A DNA stretch of 64,000 nt. Source: a virus. Taxonomy: Duplodnaviria > Caudoviricetes. Position 1 is the first letter of the stretch, and each line of letters begins with the position of its first letter. Positions 1 to 7,817 of this stretch are shown here, piece after piece. The DNA lies in IMG/VR virus record IMGVR_UViG_3300011868_000001, positions 96,001 through 160,000 of that record; one strand, written 5' to 3'. A model generated the notes under the pieces. The model saw only the letters and a list, made by a program, of their open reading frames with translations. It ran no database searches and was not told the origin of the DNA. The position numbers and the translations under genes are program-made.

Positions 1-59
1 TTTTATAATTATCGTGCATAAGTGCCCATTGTCGGCTAAGAAAATGGGCACGGTGCAAG

Positions 60-410
60 TCACGCAGGGTTGTTCGCATTCCAATCGATGAAGTAAGCAT
101 CGAGCAATGTCTCGAACTCCTCCATTGACTTGGCTTCATTGCGAAGCTCAGCAAAGCGTTCTCTGAAAGCCGTCACGTCTGCCTCAGTGCTGGCCAGTAG
201 GCGGTCATGAATGGCATCACGTTGAACTTTGGTGAGGCGCTTGGTGGTCTGGCAAATCATGATAGGTACCTCAATGCCTTTCTCTTCACAGACACGTACC
301 AGATCGTCATGGGCCTTGCGGAAGTCTTCGACTGCCTTAAGGGTTCTTTCACGACTGGTAGAATCGGGTTCGGCTCGCTTGAGGTCCTGCAAACGAATCG
401 ATGGAATCAC
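60..410 (-). CDS. hypothetical protein
   Basis: Part of ORF 60..485. Likely GTG start at 410 with GAGG 6 nt upstream, just after the stop of the previous gene. Confidence 0.65.
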   Translation of the reverse strand: MIPSIRLQDLKRAEPDSTSRERTLKAVEDFRKAHDDLVRVCEEKGIEVPIMICQTTKRLTKVQRDAIHDRLLASTEADVTAFRERFAELRNEAKSMEEFETLLDAYFIDWNANNPA

Positions 411-411
411 G

Positions 412-618
412 TCATGCCTCCAATACTGGCTCGATGAGCGATTGATCGGAAGGCTTGCGACGCTCATGGGTGATCGCCATGGCAATAATGAATTGCGCTA
501 CCCCAAGACCTACAGCCCAATGGACTGAGATCAATGCCCCGATAGCTGCAAAGATCACCACTGCCAGCGCCACCAACACAGTACGAAACAGGATGAATTC
601 CCTAGCTTCCTGCGACAT
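412..618 (-). CDS. small membrane protein (two hydrophobic helices)
   Basis: 68 aa with two hydrophobic runs (TVLVALAVVIFAAIGALI, WAVGLGVAQFIIAMAI); packed tightly between neighbours. Confidence 0.75.
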   Translation of the reverse strand: MSQEAREFILFRTVLVALAVVIFAAIGALISVHWAVGLGVAQFIIAMAITHERRKPSDQSLIEPVLEA

Positions 619-621
619 GGA

Positions 622-1047
622 TCAGCGCACCATTTCCAGACGTTCGGCCAACAGATCACTCAGTGAGCGCATGAGTGATTCTTGCTCACGCAGCTTGAGG
701 ATGTGTGGACTGACGAGTTCGACCGAATCGAGGTAGGCGATGAGCTTGGACAGGCGATCATCCAGCTGAGCCTTTTCAGCGACCAGACGCTGGACCCAAT
801 CTGGGCAATCGGACACATCACCCATGGGCAGGTAGGCGCCTTCAAATACAGCACTGGGCGACCAGCTGATGTAACCATCGTGCTTGGGGTGGTTTGGCTG
901 CCCCCCATCGGTGTACTCAATCAGATAGCCGGTATCTTCCGGATTTTCGTCAGCCGGAATATCCCACCCGCGGTAGACATTGTAGTCACCGCGGGTCATG
1001 GGCGTTGCCTTGATGATCTTGGTACCGACATAGTGCTGCATTGACAT
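622..1047 (-). CDS. conserved phage hypothetical protein (YVGTK...GY.SWSP family) with C-terminal coiled coil
   Basis: Motifs YVGTKIIKATPMTRG, GYLIEY and GYISWSP typical of a widespread phage family; AGGAAG RBS upstream. Confidence 0.8.
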   Translation of the reverse strand: MSMQHYVGTKIIKATPMTRGDYNVYRGWDIPADENPEDTGYLIEYTDGGQPNHPKHDGYISWSPSAVFEGAYLPMGDVSDCPDWVQRLVAEKAQLDDRLSKLIAYLDSVELVSPHILKLREQESLMRSLSDLLAERLEMVR

Positions 1048-1064
1048 CTTCCTTGTTGGCTAGT

Positions 1065-1785
1065 TATAGGCGGGGAGTTCTCGGTAGCCTGTCTTAAGTG
1101 CCGACGGGGAAGGCACGACAGGAACGGGTGTAGATGGGCCCTCTACCGGACCTCCCCTGTTCTGGACGTTGTGGACGGGAACCGAAACCCGTTCCTCCTC
1201 AGCAGTGCTTTCACCGCTATGCGGGCGGCTAACTCAGATGCATTGTCCAAGTAACCTTGCTGAGGCGTTCGTATGTAAACTACCACAACGAACTGGGTTG
1301 GGGAATTGCCCAGTAACGCTCACGTCACCCTAGACGACTACTTGACTGTCGGGGCGTGGATACCAGGTACAATTCCCCAAACTGGGAGGAAGGGCCGGGA
1401 CTTAGGCAGTGATACCTGGGGGAGGGTTCCTTGCCGGGCTGCTGAAGGCCCTGCAACTCACTACCCTCACCCCGGCCCTTCCAAACAGGACGGGAGAGTC
1501 GTCCGACTGGTCAAGGGGACCAATCCAGCACCAGTCATCCGATCGCCGTGACGAAATCGGTGGACGGCTCTCCCTAACTGAGACAAGTAGTCGGAGTCGA
1601 ACCGACTGGATACAGGGTATCCACAGCTACCACCCTTCCTGACCCGATGCCGACAATATGGCTCCAGGAAGCTAAGGCCGAATCTCACGGCGAGCACGGT
1701 TAAGCTGTACTTGAATTTAAACCGACTGTCGGGACGGCATCCACCTTTACCGCATGCAAGACCTGCACACGACCAACAGTCGAAA
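1065..1785 (-). ncRNA. array of structured non-coding RNA modules, or one large ornate RNA
   Basis: No credible CDS. Consecutive closing stems: 1298-1308/1370-1380 (11 bp perfect), 1388-1399/1471-1482 (12 bp perfect), 1492-1504/1562-1574, 1635-1641/1665-1671, 1723-1732/1773-1782. T-arm GTCGG-TTCGACT-CCGAC at about 1589-1607. Most G-U pairs favour the minus strand. Confidence 0.6.
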
Positions 1786-1786
1786 A

Positions 1787-1862
1787 GGGTCTCAGTGACC
1801 AGGACTCGAACCTGGGACTTGGCCTACGGCCTTTAGTTCTAACCGACTGAACTACCACTGAG
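1787..1862 (-). tRNA. tRNA-like RNA with shortened anticodon arm (pseudo-tRNA or tRNA mimic)
   Basis: Minus strand: acceptor CTCAGTGG/TCACTGAG, D-arm GTTC-AGTCGGTTA-GAAC, T-arm CCAGG-TTCGAGT-CCTGG. The central arm is only GGCC-GTA-GGCC, 3 nt shorter than canonical. The 3' end reads ACCC, not NCCA. Confidence 0.75.
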
Positions 1863-1905
1863 CACGAAATGCTTCGAGAGCGTCCAATGATCGGACGCTC
1901 TGTCG

Positions 1906-1936
1906 CATAGATTACATCCCGCTGTACTTTTTTACG
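1906..1936 (-). promoter_or_regulatory. putative phage promoter for the ncRNA region
   Basis: Minus strand GTAAAAAAAGTAC followed downstream by TATG. Similar GTAAAAA-led motifs occur at about 25038-25050, 34498-34510, 34600-34611, 43218-43229 and 60366-60385. Confidence 0.45.
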
Positions 1937-1938
1937 AT

Positions 1939-2397
1939 TTACTTGTCTTCACCGTCTTCGATATAGCGTTCATAGTACTCGACCAGCTTGCGGTAGGTGT
2001 AACGATCAGTCACGCCTTGCTTGATACACGCCAGAGATGAGTCACGACGAACGCCCTGCTCGAAGAGTAGGCTCTCCAAGGTATCGACAACGGTGTATGA
2101 GCGAATCCGTCCTTCACCACAGTTGACGTAGATAAGCCCCTTGTCCTTGTGCTCGTTGACAAAGTCAAAGATCTTCTTGGCCAGTTCAGGCCGCATGCAG
2201 TGGTCGCGCTCATCCTCGCTCATGTGGTCGCCAGGGAAGAAGTCAATGCGCAGCAGTGGGCGATTGTCTTTGTTCGGGATGGCGGCACCGGGACTGTACT
2301 TATCGCTGATGCTGATCAAAGGCGCATCGATCGGAATCTGACCGACTTTCTTCTTACTGATGTTGGTAAGGCGTAGGGTGGTGTTGGGCGTTATCAT
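1939..2397 (-). CDS. protein tyrosine / dual-specificity phosphatase-like protein
   Basis: CX5R loop YVNCGEGRIRS. ATG at 2397 overlaps the upstream stop (ATGA). Confidence 0.75.
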   Translation of the reverse strand: MITPNTTLRLTNISKKKVGQIPIDAPLISISDKYSPGAAIPNKDNRPLLRIDFFPGDHMSEDERDHCMRPELAKKIFDFVNEHKDKGLIYVNCGEGRIRSYTVVDTLESLLFEQGVRRDSSLACIKQGVTDRYTYRKLVEYYERYIEDGEDK

Positions 2398-2555
2398 GCC
2401 GAGGCCTTCTTGGTGAGTTGGTTGTTGGTGCGCTGCTGACGAATCTTGGCGCATTTGACATGGTTATAACGCTTATCGCAACGACGGTGACCACAGACAT
2501 CGCACAGTGCGGTCATAGGGGCGCCGAAACCATTGCTGTTAAATCCACGGGCCAT
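2394..2555 (-). CDS. small Cys/His protein (putative zinc finger), 53 aa, absent from ORF track
   Basis: Hand translation MARGFNSNGFGAPMTALCDVCGHRRCDKRYNHVKCAKIRQQRTNNQLTKKASA. GGAG RBS upstream and ATGA coupling to the phosphatase gene. Confidence 0.7.
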   Translation of the reverse strand: MARGFNSNGFGAPMTALCDVCGHRRCDKRYNHVKCAKIRQQRTNNQLTKKASA

Positions 2556-2570
2556 GCTGGACAGTTCTCC

Positions 2571-3023
2571 TTACTGGGTGGGTGCGCCTGTGGCGCAAAT
2601 GTAGTTGGCTTCAACAAAAGGTAACATCGACAAGTAGACGTACCTGATGTCGTCTTCAAAACTCAGACCGCCGTTACCGCAGCCCATGGGCGGGATGGCG
2701 ATGGTCTTGAATTTATCCGGGTGTCGATTGACCAGGTTTACCAGCTTGTTGAAGTTATGGATCACCAAGTCACGCGGTGACGGGTTGCGCCAGTTCAATT
2801 TGGTGGGCACTAAGAGGTACTTTACCCCTTCGTGCTGATACAGAATGAACTGGGTCGGATCAAGGATGGGGTACATCTTCTTGTAATGTTTGTACAAACC
2901 AGGGATGGTGTCTCGAGCCGTTTTAGCAATCCCGGCGCCCATGGCACCCACCAAATTGATGGTTATGATTACCGTGTCCGCCTCGACACTGAACAAGTCC
3001 TGCTGAACAATCTCCAGGGCCAT
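2571..3023 (-). CDS. macro domain protein (ADP-ribose binding/hydrolase, DarG/TARG1-like)
   Basis: Motifs DLF, INLVGAMGAGIA, PTK and PPMGCGNGGL. Start MALEIV at 3023 with AAGGA RBS. Confidence 0.85.
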   Translation of the reverse strand: MALEIVQQDLFSVEADTVIITINLVGAMGAGIAKTARDTIPGLYKHYKKMYPILDPTQFILYQHEGVKYLLVPTKLNWRNPSPRDLVIHNFNKLVNLVNRHPDKFKTIAIPPMGCGNGGLSFEDDIRYVYLSMLPFVEANYICATGAPTQ

Positions 3024-3058
3024 ACTGGGTATCCTTACACGGATTGCTAAGACATGTA

Positions 3059-3087
3059 GATAATGTACTGTTTCCGGCAAATCGAAT
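3059..3087 (-). promoter_or_regulatory. putative early promoter (TCGAW-N13-TACAT motif)
   Basis: Minus strand ATTCGAT-N13-TACATTAT upstream of the macro gene; one of nine copies. Confidence 0.6.
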
Positions 3088-3089
3088 AG

Positions 3090-3122
3090 AGAGGAGGGGC
3101 GAACCCCTCCTCTTTACTTTTT
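3090..3122. terminator. hairpin terminator
   Basis: AGAGGAGGGG-CGAA-CCCCTCCTCT followed by a T-rich run. Confidence 0.65.
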
Positions 3123-3548
3123 CATACCTGCACCTTCCATCAGTGACGCGACTGAGGCATCCTCTTTCGAGGAAACGACATCAGAACGCTTCAAGATGGC
3201 TTCTGCTCGGTCACGAGGCAGCTTCAGAAACTCCTGAAAACTGATCCCGGTGTACTTCAACACATTGGCGGCCAAGTACCGCTCAAGGTAGACATCGAAC
3301 GGATCAACGTTTGCCAGGTCCTCTGCGTTATGCATGGCAACCAAGGCGTAGTTGGAATGACCCTGACCACTGCTTTGATAAACACCGAAGTACTCATCAT
3401 AACACTCAGTGGCTACGATCTGGGCAGCGATGCTGTCTAGGGTCTTTTCAGACGTCGACAGCACTGTATCCAGAACGGTGGGTTCATCGATCCGTTCGAG
3501 CTTGTCCATGCCAAATTGACGATCACCGATGTGATGGCCGATCGGCAA
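3114..3548 (-). CDS. hypothetical protein, possible baseplate/tail assembly chaperone
   Basis: Start uncertain (TTG 3548 or ATG 3509). GISFQEFLKLP resembles tail-chaperone motifs; follows the hub-like gene. Confidence 0.55.
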   Translation of the reverse strand: MPIGHHIGDRQFGMDKLERIDEPTVLDTVLSTSEKTLDSIAAQIVATECYDEYFGVYQSSGQGHSNYALVAMHNAEDLANVDPFDVYLERYLAANVLKYTGISFQEFLKLPRDRAEAILKRSDVVSSKEDASVASLMEGAGMKK

Positions 3549-3550
3549 TA

Positions 3551-5155
3551 TTACATCGCCACGCCTTCTACTTGGCTGATCTTCAGCGCGGCTAGGGTGA
3601 AAAAAACGTAGCCGATATCGATTGGGATCAGATGCGGATGGCTGGTGTCGCTGGACTCGCCTTGACAGCTCGGGCACTTGATCTTCGGCAGTGCGACGTA
3701 AGACACCGTCGACTTCTTGATCCAGTCAATGATTTCCCGATTGATCTTCTCGCTCATCTGCGGGTCTTCACTGAGCATCTCAAGGATGCGGTCCTTTTCC
3801 TCGTACCCATCATAGGTAACAGGGATGCTGTCCGGATCAACGGCGTGTTCAAACGCTGCGACCCAATGGCTGTACTGACGCAGGTTGGTCAGAGCACCCG
3901 AACGCATGATGTGTCGAACCCGATCCATCTCGTTCAGACGCGCACCAAACGCCTCGTTGGTGGCCTTGGCGATACCGTCCACCCAGATATGACCAGCGTC
4001 GATCTGCTCGGCCAGCGAGGGTACGCGCAATACCGCAGTCAGCCCCTTGCCAAGCGGCAGGCGCTTCTCGAAGAAGGTGAACTCCTTCTGGTACTCTTCC
4101 AGCCAGGCGCGGTCACGCTTGGTGGTACGCGAGGCCATCATGCGGGCTTGTTTCTCATTGATCTTCTCACGATCAACAAAGCCCATGCGTGCGAAGTTCA
4201 AGAGCAGTTCGTCGACATGACTGCACTTCTCCGGATTGGCCACGCACGGCTGACGCAGCGGATAACCATCCGGATACATGGCGCAGATCAGACCCCAGAG
4301 CACTTGCTGGTAATCGCGCGAACGAATTACCTTGAGCATCTCCTCGACAGTGTCGCCGGTTTCGAACGTGTAGTTCACCGAAACCATGTGCTCAAGCGCA
4401 AAGCGCATGTAGGTCTCGACCGTGTACACTTCGATGCTGGAGAAGACCATGCCGTTGGTCGAACGACCGAGGTTCATCTTCTCCAAACGGGTCTTCTGCT
4501 CGAAGTCCAGCAGTGCCTGTACCGTCGGTGCCCGGAAGGTGATCCACAGGCCCGTGTTCCACAGCGGAACCTGTACCATAGAACCTTGGCCGAACGAGGC
4601 ACGGATGGCCAGGACCGGGTCCTTGATGTTCTGGGTCTTGACCTTGCCCACGCCGAGCTTGGTCTCGTTGTGCAGTACGTACTGACCCCAGTTACCGGAC
4701 TTGTCGATGTTGTCGAAATACAGGTCCTGATAGATACCGGACATGGTACGGGCAAGGTTTACCAAGCGCCGCTCTTCGCGCGTCAGTTTCTCGGCCCGCT
4801 CGTCTGTCAGATCATGCAGATCACGGGATTCGAGCAACTTGGACAGTTCTTCAACACCAACCTTAAGGGCTACCAAATACGGCAGGGCAGGGTCGGTCTT
4901 CTGGCGCTTCAGGATCGGGTTGTCAGCGTTGACATGTTCATTGGGGGCGAATGCCTCATCCCACATGTCCGATGCTTCTTCCTCAGACTCCGGCTCAGCA
5001 GGCAGTTCAGCCTCACTGTTCAGTTGTTCAGCTGCCTGAAGGGTGGCCGCCTCGAAAGAAGCAGCTTGGTCGACATCTGGCACCAGCGTCGAGGAGATGT
5101 CCTCATCGATAGTGTCCATGCCCTCGTCGTGAGTATTGTTCAGTTCGTCCGTCAT
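3551..5155 (-). CDS. putative baseplate hub assembly protein (T4 gp26-like)
   Basis: 534 aa with acidic N-terminus, CVANPEKC, and C-terminal KCPSC...PIDIGYVFF resembling gp26-type proteins. Function inferred. Confidence 0.55.
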   Translation of the reverse strand: MTDELNNTHDEGMDTIDEDISSTLVPDVDQAASFEAATLQAAEQLNSEAELPAEPESEEEASDMWDEAFAPNEHVNADNPILKRQKTDPALPYLVALKVGVEELSKLLESRDLHDLTDERAEKLTREERRLVNLARTMSGIYQDLYFDNIDKSGNWGQYVLHNETKLGVGKVKTQNIKDPVLAIRASFGQGSMVQVPLWNTGLWITFRAPTVQALLDFEQKTRLEKMNLGRSTNGMVFSSIEVYTVETYMRFALEHMVSVNYTFETGDTVEEMLKVIRSRDYQQVLWGLICAMYPDGYPLRQPCVANPEKCSHVDELLLNFARMGFVDREKINEKQARMMASRTTKRDRAWLEEYQKEFTFFEKRLPLGKGLTAVLRVPSLAEQIDAGHIWVDGIAKATNEAFGARLNEMDRVRHIMRSGALTNLRQYSHWVAAFEHAVDPDSIPVTYDGYEEKDRILEMLSEDPQMSEKINREIIDWIKKSTVSYVALPKIKCPSCQGESSDTSHPHLIPIDIGYVFFTLAALKISQVEGVAM

Positions 5156-5164
5156 GACTCAACC

Positions 5165-5560
5165 TTAAATGGAAGCGGTTTGTTCGAGACTGGCCGATTC
5201 GGCAGCCAGCAATTCGACCAGTTCACCGACCAGTGGGCTCAGAGCAGCCGTGGCGTCGTCGATGAAGGTCACGTAGTCACCACCAGCCCGGAGGATTTCG
5301 GGATGATGAGGATGGGCGAGCACTGCGCTGGAAATGGTGCGCTTGTGGCGTGCTCCGATGGTGTTCAGGCGTTCCTGGAATTCAGTCAGGTCACGCTTGA
5401 TGAAACTGGCGAGTTGGGCGCAGCGAGCGGCCTTGGTATCGTCGCTCCAACGGTGAGCGGCGGCATCGCGAGTGGCTTTGGCAAAACGATAAAGAAGATT
5501 GCGAGACTCTTGCTGGAGCGTCTCAAGACTCTGACGAGGAGTCATGCGTGAAGTGGTCAT
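5165..5560 (-). CDS. hypothetical helical protein
   Basis: ORF directly upstream of 3551..5155; start 5560 or 5545. Confidence 0.65.
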   Translation of the reverse strand: MTTSRMTPRQSLETLQQESRNLLYRFAKATRDAAAHRWSDDTKAARCAQLASFIKRDLTEFQERLNTIGARHKRTISSAVLAHPHHPEILRAGGDYVTFIDDATAALSPLVGELVELLAAESASLEQTASI

Positions 5561-5656
5561 AACTACAAACCCTAGTGAAATGGAAAACGGACTGGCCAAT
5601 TATTTGTACTTTACTCATATTAGGTCGGGTAAACTTTTTTTATTAAGGATGGTGCC

Positions 5657-6490
5657 ATGTTTGAAGAACTCTCCGATATCCTGAAGGGTCGAGTCGACCC
5701 GGCCGTGTGGGTCGGTATCAATGCCATCACCTCAGCACTGGAGAAACACAGTGCGACTGTCTGGCAAGAGCGCATCATCACCTTGCGGATGGATGCAAAC
5801 AACCGCGAGATGGGGGCGGTGGTCGAAGAAGCGTTGCACATTATCTACGATCAAGTGCGCGCACTCTTGCAACAGATGCAGATCACGCTGGAACTCGATA
5901 CGCTGTCGATGGACCGCCTGGCGATGATTCTCGAGGCACTGGTATTTACCCCCAACGACTTGGACAGTGAGGCGCTGGCGGCGCTGGAAGCGGGCGAAGA
6001 TACTGTCGAAGCCTTCTGCGATGTGCTGGGTATCTACCTTAACCTCGTGCCCGAGGAACTGATGGAGTACGTCATCGATGTCTCCAATCAGGCCATCCTG
6101 GCGATCCAGGAGAAGCTTGGGCAGAACCTAAGCTATCGGGAAGAAACCGGCGAAGGCGTGGCCGAAACGGTCCGACTCCTCAATCGTCATCAGCTCTTGG
6201 TTGGCGACACACTGACAGTTGGCATGGAGTCCCTGAATCAAGGTACGGCGCCCGGCGCGGACATGACCTCGATGGTCCTGGCTAACCGCGGACGTTTGGT
6301 CGATCTGGCGCCTGATGCGCTGGCCGATGAACTGCTGTCGTTGGCGATCCTGTCCAAAACACCATACGATGCCCTGGAAGACGAAGTCATGCACTTTGTC
6401 GAAGGCATCCTCAATGACCCATTCACGATCCAGCGAGCCTTCAAGCGTATTCGTTCGCGCCTGGGTGAGTTGCCGGAGCACACGCCATGA
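5657..6490 (+). CDS. hypothetical protein (phiKZ gp79-like position)
   Basis: 277 aa, AAGGA RBS, ATGA overlap with the RNAP subunit gene. Confidence 0.75.
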   Translation: MFEELSDILKGRVDPAVWVGINAITSALEKHSATVWQERIITLRMDANNREMGAVVEEALHIIYDQVRALLQQMQITLELDTLSMDRLAMILEALVFTPNDLDSEALAALEAGEDTVEAFCDVLGIYLNLVPEELMEYVIDVSNQAILAIQEKLGQNLSYREETGEGVAETVRLLNRHQLLVGDTLTVGMESLNQGTAPGADMTSMVLANRGRLVDLAPDALADELLSLAILSKTPYDALEDEVMHFVEGILNDPFTIQRAFKRIRSRLGELPEHTP

Positions 6491-7806
6491 AAAAGCAAGA
6501 CTTTTACATTCAAGCCCTGCTCGGTGGGGCGTTCCGCCGTAAGGACTGGGTCATCAGTGCCTTCTCGGTGACGCGACCACAAGTCGATGAAGAGCACTCG
6601 CTGACCGCGTATCAGTTATACACCATCTGTTACAACCGTGATTCGACAGAAGTCTATGTTCCCACCTTAGGCGGAGATGAGTGGGTCACCATTGAAGACA
6701 GCCCGCCGATGCAGCAGTTGTTCTTCCCCGGTGATCCGTTGACGGTGACGCCGGAGATGATCCCCAATTGCAAAGAGCCGGTTGAATCGACCTATGGCGA
6801 CCTGCTGTTTAACTGGATTGCGTTGGTGGAACCGTTTGGCGAACGGATTGACTATCAGGTCGGTCCCGTCAACATCCGTAAGATCGAGCGCATCATTGCG
6901 ACAAAGCTGGTTGATGATCCGGAAATCTCCGGCCGTGAACTGGCGCCTGATGAAATCCCGATCAAGATGTACATGCGCTACGGGCGCTGCATGGGAGCGT
7001 TGGCGGGATTCACCCAGGTCTTCGTTCCTACACTGAGTCCTAAGGCGCTGACTACCGATCCTCGAGTGCGCACTGTACGTGATGAACTGCTCGAGAAGAA
7101 CAAAGAACGCTTACATGACCCAGTGGTCGTGGCCGGCATCCAGAACGAGTTGATTGCCATCGACAAAGAATGGATCAAAGACGATCCGTCTGAAGGCTTT
7201 CTGATCTCGAACAAGACCTTCGGCACGGCACGTAAGCGGATGTTCCTGATTCATGGTCCAGAAGCAGGCTTTAATGAAGGCGGTAACGCAGAGCTTGTAG
7301 TCAACAGCCTCAATGAAGGTTGGGACACAGACAAGCTGGTGGCGATGTTCAACTCCACTCGAGCCGGTTCGTTCTACCGTGGTGCATTGACGGCCTTGGG
7401 TGGTGAGGCGGTGAAGTTCTTCATGCGCGTCTTCCAGAACACCGCCGTTGGGGAAGAGGATTGCGGATCAACCCTGGGCATCGAACGGATCGTTGAACCG
7501 GGGCAATCGGATTACTACGTCGGACTGTGGGAAATCAAGTCGGACAAGACCAGTCAAGTGATCACCCCTGAGCGAGCCAAGGCACTGGAAGGCAAGAAGT
7601 TCATGAGCCGGTCTCCGCTGTTCTGCAAGACAGGAGCAACCGATTTCTGTGAACGTTGCGTCGGACAAGCACTGGCTGCTATCCCATACGCCCTGGGTGC
7701 TGAGAACGTCTCGGTCGCCTCGAAGTTCATGGACATCATGATGGCCTCGGCACACGCCAAGGAACTCAAGACGGCCAAACTCAATATCCATGAAGCCTTT
7801 ACCTAA
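6487..7806 (+). CDS. virion RNA polymerase beta-prime subunit fragment (phiKZ gp80-like)
   Basis: Beta-prime Zn-site pattern DCGS...RSPLFC...FCERCVG and bridge-helix-like SRAGSFYRGALTALGG; position after the helicase block. Confidence 0.8.
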   Translation: MKKQDFYIQALLGGAFRRKDWVISAFSVTRPQVDEEHSLTAYQLYTICYNRDSTEVYVPTLGGDEWVTIEDSPPMQQLFFPGDPLTVTPEMIPNCKEPVESTYGDLLFNWIALVEPFGERIDYQVGPVNIRKIERIIATKLVDDPEISGRELAPDEIPIKMYMRYGRCMGALAGFTQVFVPTLSPKALTTDPRVRTVRDELLEKNKERLHDPVVVAGIQNELIAIDKEWIKDDPSEGFLISNKTFGTARKRMFLIHGPEAGFNEGGNAELVVNSLNEGWDTDKLVAMFNSTRAGSFYRGALTALGGEAVKFFMRVFQNTAVGEEDCGSTLGIERIVEPGQSDYYVGLWEIKSDKTSQVITPERAKALEGKKFMSRSPLFCKTGATDFCERCVGQALAAIPYALGAENVSVASKFMDIMMASAHAKELKTAKLNIHEAFT

Positions 7807-7817
7807 AGGGTAACCTC

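Noticed and set aside
1306-1697. Short ORFs within the structured region
   Set aside because: No convincing RBS, atypical composition, mutually overlapping; RNA structure explains the sequence better.
1787-1862. Calling this a functional tRNA-Tyr(GTA)
   Set aside because: GTA sits in a triloop rather than a 7-nt loop, the long variable arm of bacterial tRNA-Tyr is absent, and CCA is not encoded.
1065-1900. CRISPR array or hammerhead ribozymes
   Set aside because: No direct repeats with spacers, and no correctly arranged CUGANGA/GAAA core was seen.
3632-5551. 639-aa plus-strand ORF
   Set aside because: Antisense shadow of two real minus-strand genes, caused by codon bias.
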